The position numbers were made by a program, and so were the translations under genes. Under the pieces are notes generated by a model. It had not been told where the DNA came from. It made no database searches and saw nothing but the letters and a program-made list of their open reading frames with translations. Of a DNA stretch of 64,000 bases, positions 60,389 through 64,000 are shown one piece after another. Source of the DNA: Streptococcus parasanguinis (GTDB taxonomy: Bacteria; Bacillota; Bacilli; Lactobacillales; Streptococcaceae); contig JAGZVW010000003.1 of the NCBI GenBank assembly GCA_018379295.1, positions 6,111 to 70,110 of the forward strand. Direction: 5' to 3'. Position 1 is the first letter of the stretch. Every line of letters begins with the position of its first letter.

Positions 60389-61466
60389 GAAAAACCGTTT
60401 TTTTGTGGAAGGTATTATTTATCAAATACTATGGATATTTTTAAGTACAATCCTATTTTTCATTATTTACAAAATAATGGATAATTCTTTTGTTGACAGT
60501 GTAGATCCAGAATTGCCATTAGATAAATTTGCTTCCTTTTATTTTGAAATAGGTAAATATATAATACTTTTACTAGGGGCGGTTGCTATATTGATAGGGA
60601 CATTTATAATACAGAAAAAAAGGTTTTATGTATATAATCAATATTTTGAGTCTGGACTGAATTATCTTAAAAGTGAAGATAAAGATTTAATACCATTTCA
60701 TGAGTCATTATCAAAGGAACGAGATTTGTTTATAGAACTTCATAATTACAATAAAGAACTTGAAAAGGAGTATGAACTGGTATATAAAGAAAAAACAGAT
60801 CTGCTAACGTATTTAGCTCATGATATAAAAACTCCTCTTGCGAATATGATAGGTTATATAACACTATTAAAAGACGAAAAAAATCTTTCTGAAGAACAAA
60901 AAAATAAGTTTGTTGATGTTATATATGAGAACATAAAATATTTAAATCGTTTAAGTGAAGATTTTTTTTCATATTTAAAATTCAATTTAAATGAAATTCC
61001 ACTAAATTTAACGGATGTAGATATAAAAATTTTTTTTAGCCAGTGGGAAGAAGAAAAAAGTTTATCTATAAAAGATCATCTTTTAATTTTGGAGTTTTTA
61101 AATTTGGAAAACAGTAAGATTAAAACGGAACCACAACTTTTACTTAGAATAATGGAGAATCTGATTACAAATGCAGTTAATTATTCTGTGAAAGGAACAA
61201 GCATAAATATAAAGGTTGAGGAAATTAATGGAATGTTAAAAATAAGTGTTATAAACGATGTTTCTCCAAATTTAAATGTGAATTGGAATATGGTTACTTC
61301 AAAGTTTTATAGGGGAAATTTATCAAGACGAATAAGCAATAATGGATCGGGACTTGGACTTACAATTGTAAGTGACATTGTAAAACACTTGGGTGGAAAT
61401 TTTGAAATTGGAGAGGAGAATAAAAGAGTTTGTGCTAAAGTAATACTTCCATATATATTAAATTAA
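60381..61466 (+). CDS. Intramembrane-sensing histidine kinase (2 TM, short loop; BceS/CesS-like architecture)
   Basis: H-box 'YLAHDIKTPLANMIGY'; ATPase 'GSGLGLTIVSDIV'. 361 aa. Confidence 0.8.
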   Translation: MGKKNRFFVEGIIYQILWIFLSTILFFIIYKIMDNSFVDSVDPELPLDKFASFYFEIGKYIILLLGAVAILIGTFIIQKKRFYVYNQYFESGLNYLKSEDKDLIPFHESLSKERDLFIELHNYNKELEKEYELVYKEKTDLLTYLAHDIKTPLANMIGYITLLKDEKNLSEEQKNKFVDVIYENIKYLNRLSEDFFSYLKFNLNEIPLNLTDVDIKIFFSQWEEEKSLSIKDHLLILEFLNLENSKIKTEPQLLLRIMENLITNAVNYSVKGTSINIKVEEINGMLKISVINDVSPNLNVNWNMVTSKFYRGNLSRRISNNGSGLGLTIVSDIVKHLGGNFEIGEENKRVCAKVILPYILN

Positions 61467-61744
61467 ATCGCAAAGAAAACGCAAGAATTATTCAAAGATA
61501 CCGTTAAGTATAAAGCAAAGAGCTATTCTATAATATAAATAAGGATAGCTCTTTTATATTTGAATGGAATTATTAATTTGAATCATCATCTGTGATTATA
61601 AATATATAAAATAGAGGTGGAGTTTTATGAATTACAATAATCCTCATAGGTATAAGAACGGAGATTGAGTAGAGTTTTTGAAAACTTTATTCGGAAGAAA
61701 AATTTTACAAAAAGTTTAAGTATTTGAGAGAGGAGAATTTTATC

Positions 61745-62128
61745 ATGAAAAAAGCATTGCCATTAGTATTATTAACAGGTTTTATGTTAGTATCATTCGT
61801 ACCAGCATTTGCAGCAGAAAAAACAAACTTACCATATGTTGAAGGTCTTGGTTATGAGGTGGAAGTATTTGAAGAAGATTATACTCTGCCAAGATTGTTC
61901 AGTTATGATAGCGGATGGAAAAGTTTTTTAGGTGGAAAATGGAGACATGGTGTAGGTAGTCGATATGTTTGGTCTAAATACGATCACAATAATAAAACAC
62001 ATAAAACTACAGTACAAGGTGCTGGTGGTCAATTCTCTTATTCGGGTTGGACAAGCGCTGGAAGTAGAGCAGAAGCTTCTTGGGAAAAAGCTTCAAGTGG
62101 TAATAGAGCTTGGGCTGATGTTAAATAA
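61745..62128 (+). CDS. Lactococcin 972-family bacteriocin precursor
   Basis: Sec signal 'MKKALPLVLLTGFMLVSFVPAFA|AEKT'. The mature domain 'GGKWRHGVGSRYVWSKYDHNNKTHKTTVQG' parallels the Lcn972 'GTWQHGYGVSSAYSNYHHGSKTHSATV' core. Confidence 0.75.
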   Translation: MKKALPLVLLTGFMLVSFVPAFAAEKTNLPYVEGLGYEVEVFEEDYTLPRLFSYDSGWKSFLGGKWRHGVGSRYVWSKYDHNNKTHKTTVQGAGGQFSYSGWTSAGSRAEASWEKASSGNRAWADVK

Positions 62129-62234
62129 CAATAAATAAAAATAGTTGAACGAGTTTGAGCGGTGCCACGTTGTTATTTTAGTATTGTGGCATTACTCATA
62201 CTCGTTATTTTTATATAGTTGGAGATGATGCAGA

Positions 62235-64000
62235 ATGAAAAAAACAGTGGGTATACTGGCAATTTTACTAATTATAGTGATTGGTATAGGAAAGTTTTTC
62301 TATTCAGACGGCATGTTTTTAAATATATTCATAAAAGAGTTTAATACTACTGTAAACATTGTAACAAAGCCAGAAATAGCTGATAAAACAATAATTGAAT
62401 TGCAGAAAATCGCCAATAAAAATGATTTAAGCTTCATAAAGGAAGAATATATTCCTAAGAATAGTAGATTTGATAAACAAAAAATAAAGATTTACATTCA
62501 TCTAAATGATTCTGAATGGTTCAAGAAATCTTTTAGAAATATATCTATTGCTGATAGCAAAGACAAATTGAATGATTTTGAGAATGTAAAATCAATGAGT
62601 TTACTCACGTCAAAAGATATAAGCTTAATTCCTTTTGAAAACGTCAGCAAGGAAAAAGTTAATGGGGATTATCATGTAAGAGGTACGGAAGTAAATATTA
62701 ATAAGTTTATTGAAGAAATAAATCAAAATGAAAAATTAAAAACAGAAGTCGTGGTTAATCCGGATTTTATTGTTTCTAGTGAATTCACACAAAAACAAGC
62801 ATATCTATATATGCTTACGATTTTTATTATATTTGTAGCTACTGTCTTTTGTCTAATTATTTATAATGGGATGCTTTCAAAGGAATTATCGATATCAATT
62901 TTACTAGGATACGACAAATTAACTTTAGCTATTTCTAAGGTTTTAAATATTCTTGCAATACCAGCAATAGTGGGACTTGTACTGACGATTGGAATTATAG
63001 GATATTTAGTTGCTCCTAGTGATATTTTAGGATTTATGATATCAATGAAAACAATTCTTATTTTAGTTGCTTTTATAATAGGGGGGCTAATATCAATAGA
63101 GTTTATATTGATTTATCTTAAATTAAAAGGAATTAATGTTATTGCCTTATTGAAAGGTTATAGAAGAAGTTATCATAGAAGTTCGTTTTTTATAAAAACA
63201 GGGTCGATTGTTATGGTTCTTTATTTAGCAATTGTAAGTATTTTAGGACTCGCTGATTACTCGAGTATGAAACAATACATTCCAACTTGGGAAAGCTCAA
63301 AGTATTATGCAAATATGGCTTGTGCATGGTCTTGGAGTTATGAAAAAGATGATGATAAGTTCCATGAGATTGTTATTCCAAAGCTGAATAACTTATGGAA
63401 TAGTTTGGACGATAGTGGAGCAATATTATTTAATGCTCCAAACGTTAGAAAAGAGGGAATGAATGATGATGAGGAGTATCTAAATCAACAACCGTTTCAA
63501 GGCAATTATGCCTATGTAAATAAAAATTATTTACATATTGCTAATCTCTTAGATAAAGATACGAATAAAATAGAACAATATAAAATACATGAAAATGAGT
63601 GGATTGTTTTTGTTCCAGAAGATGTTAAAATTACTGAATTTGACAAAGAAAAAATTCATGAAGATCATATTTTTCATAATATAAAAAAACAAGGTACAAT
63701 TATAGAAACATATGTAAGGCTGAAAGATAATCAAAGTGTATTTTCTTTTGATAGTGGCAAAAGAATTGATGAAGCAAACTTGAAAAATTATGTTTTGGTA
63801 GCAGTAAATGGGAAAGAATTACTCCCAGATTACGGAATCAAACTATCATCTTTAGTAAATGGGCAGCTACATCCATATGTTAAAGAGCCTAGTAGAGGAT
63901 ACGAGAGTTTGAAGGACATAATTGAAGAAACAGAATCTGAGCCGTTTATACTCTTTATCAGCTCAGTCTACGATGATATAGTTTCAAGAATAGACGAATA
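62235..64000 (+). CDS. Lcn972-associated large integral membrane protein (FtsX-like/DUF1430 putative immunity-transport protein), 3'-truncated by the window end
   Basis: The frame is open from ATG 62235 to the window end (588+ codons). It has one TM, a ~190-aa extracytoplasmic domain, then multiple TMs. It is not in the ORF track because it has no stop. Confidence 0.65.
   Translation, partial: MKKTVGILAILLIIVIGIGKFFYSDGMFLNIFIKEFNTTVNIVTKPEIADKTIIELQKIANKNDLSFIKEEYIPKNSRFDKQKIKIYIHLNDSEWFKKSFRNISIADSKDKLNDFENVKSMSLLTSKDISLIPFENVSKEKVNGDYHVRGTEVNINKFIEEINQNEKLKTEVVVNPDFIVSSEFTQKQAYLYMLTIFIIFVATVFCLIIYNGMLSKELSISILLGYDKLTLAISKVLNILAIPAIVGLVLTIGIIGYLVAPSDILGFMISMKTILILVAFIIGGLISIEFILIYLKLKGINVIALLKGYRRSYHRSSFFIKTGSIVMVLYLAIVSILGLADYSSMKQYIPTWESSKYYANMACAWSWSYEKDDDKFHEIVIPKLNNLWNSLDDSGAILFNAPNVRKEGMNDDEEYLNQQPFQGNYAYVNKNYLHIANLLDKDTNKIEQYKIHENEWIVFVPEDVKITEFDKEKIHEDHIFHNIKKQGTIIETYVRLKDNQSVFSFDSGKRIDEANLKNYVLVAVNGKELLPDYGIKLSSLVNGQLHPYVKEPSRGYESLKDIIEETESEPFILFISSVYDDIVSRIDE

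Overview
The window is a chromosomal segment from a low-GC Gram-positive coccus, most likely a viridans (mitis/sanguinis/mutans-like) Streptococcus. The evidence for that is twofold. First, many proteins closely resemble S. pneumoniae proteins I know (PBP1b, RpoB/RpoC, CglA-G/ComG, SulA-D folate enzymes, SsbB, TyrS, GroES/EL). Second, there are pneumococcal-type BOX repeats and a CIRCE element ahead of groESL. The core genes run in this order: a carbohydrate ABC transporter with a YesLMN-like regulator set; rlmA; an ABC, LytTR and DUF3021 cluster; tyrS; pbp1b; rpoB-rpoC; the comG pilus operon extended with a comYH-like methyltransferase and ackA; a CPBP protease; folP-folC-folE-folBK; pepA; a trx-ytpR-ssbB block; a binding-protein/HK/RR/SBP sugar-sensing cluster; a mannose-family PTS; groESL; and a peptide-quorum-sensing-type LytTR/HPK10 two-component system followed by an ABC-2 exporter. 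Three stretches look accessory. (1) A promoter-to-terminator 5-gene operon at 24.0-28.7 kb sits between rpoC and the comG region. It encodes UDP-GlcNAc 2-epimerase, a 4-TM membrane protein with a cytoplasmic domain, a 46-aa single-TM peptide, a PgaC/IcaA-like processive GT2 synthase and a membrane-anchored GH8 hydrolase. I read it as a compact synthase-dependent (Pga/Pss/Bcs-like) exopolysaccharide system, probably for a ManNAc-containing polymer. (2) A 1.3-kb TetR plus NAD(P)H-quinone-oxidoreductase cassette carries a BOX element and is bracketed by ~69-bp direct repeats that duplicate the 3' end and terminator of the yesN-like gene. (3) A very AT-rich foreign island runs from about 59.1 kb to the window end. 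It encodes an XRE HTH protein, an OmpR/intramembrane-sensing HK pair, a lactococcin-972-family bacteriocin and its large FtsX-like immunity/transport membrane protein. Both late-competence promoters (comGA and ssbB) carry a TTCGAATA ComX-box variant. No rRNA, tRNA or CRISPR was found. Coordinates I derived by hand may be off by 1-2 nt.
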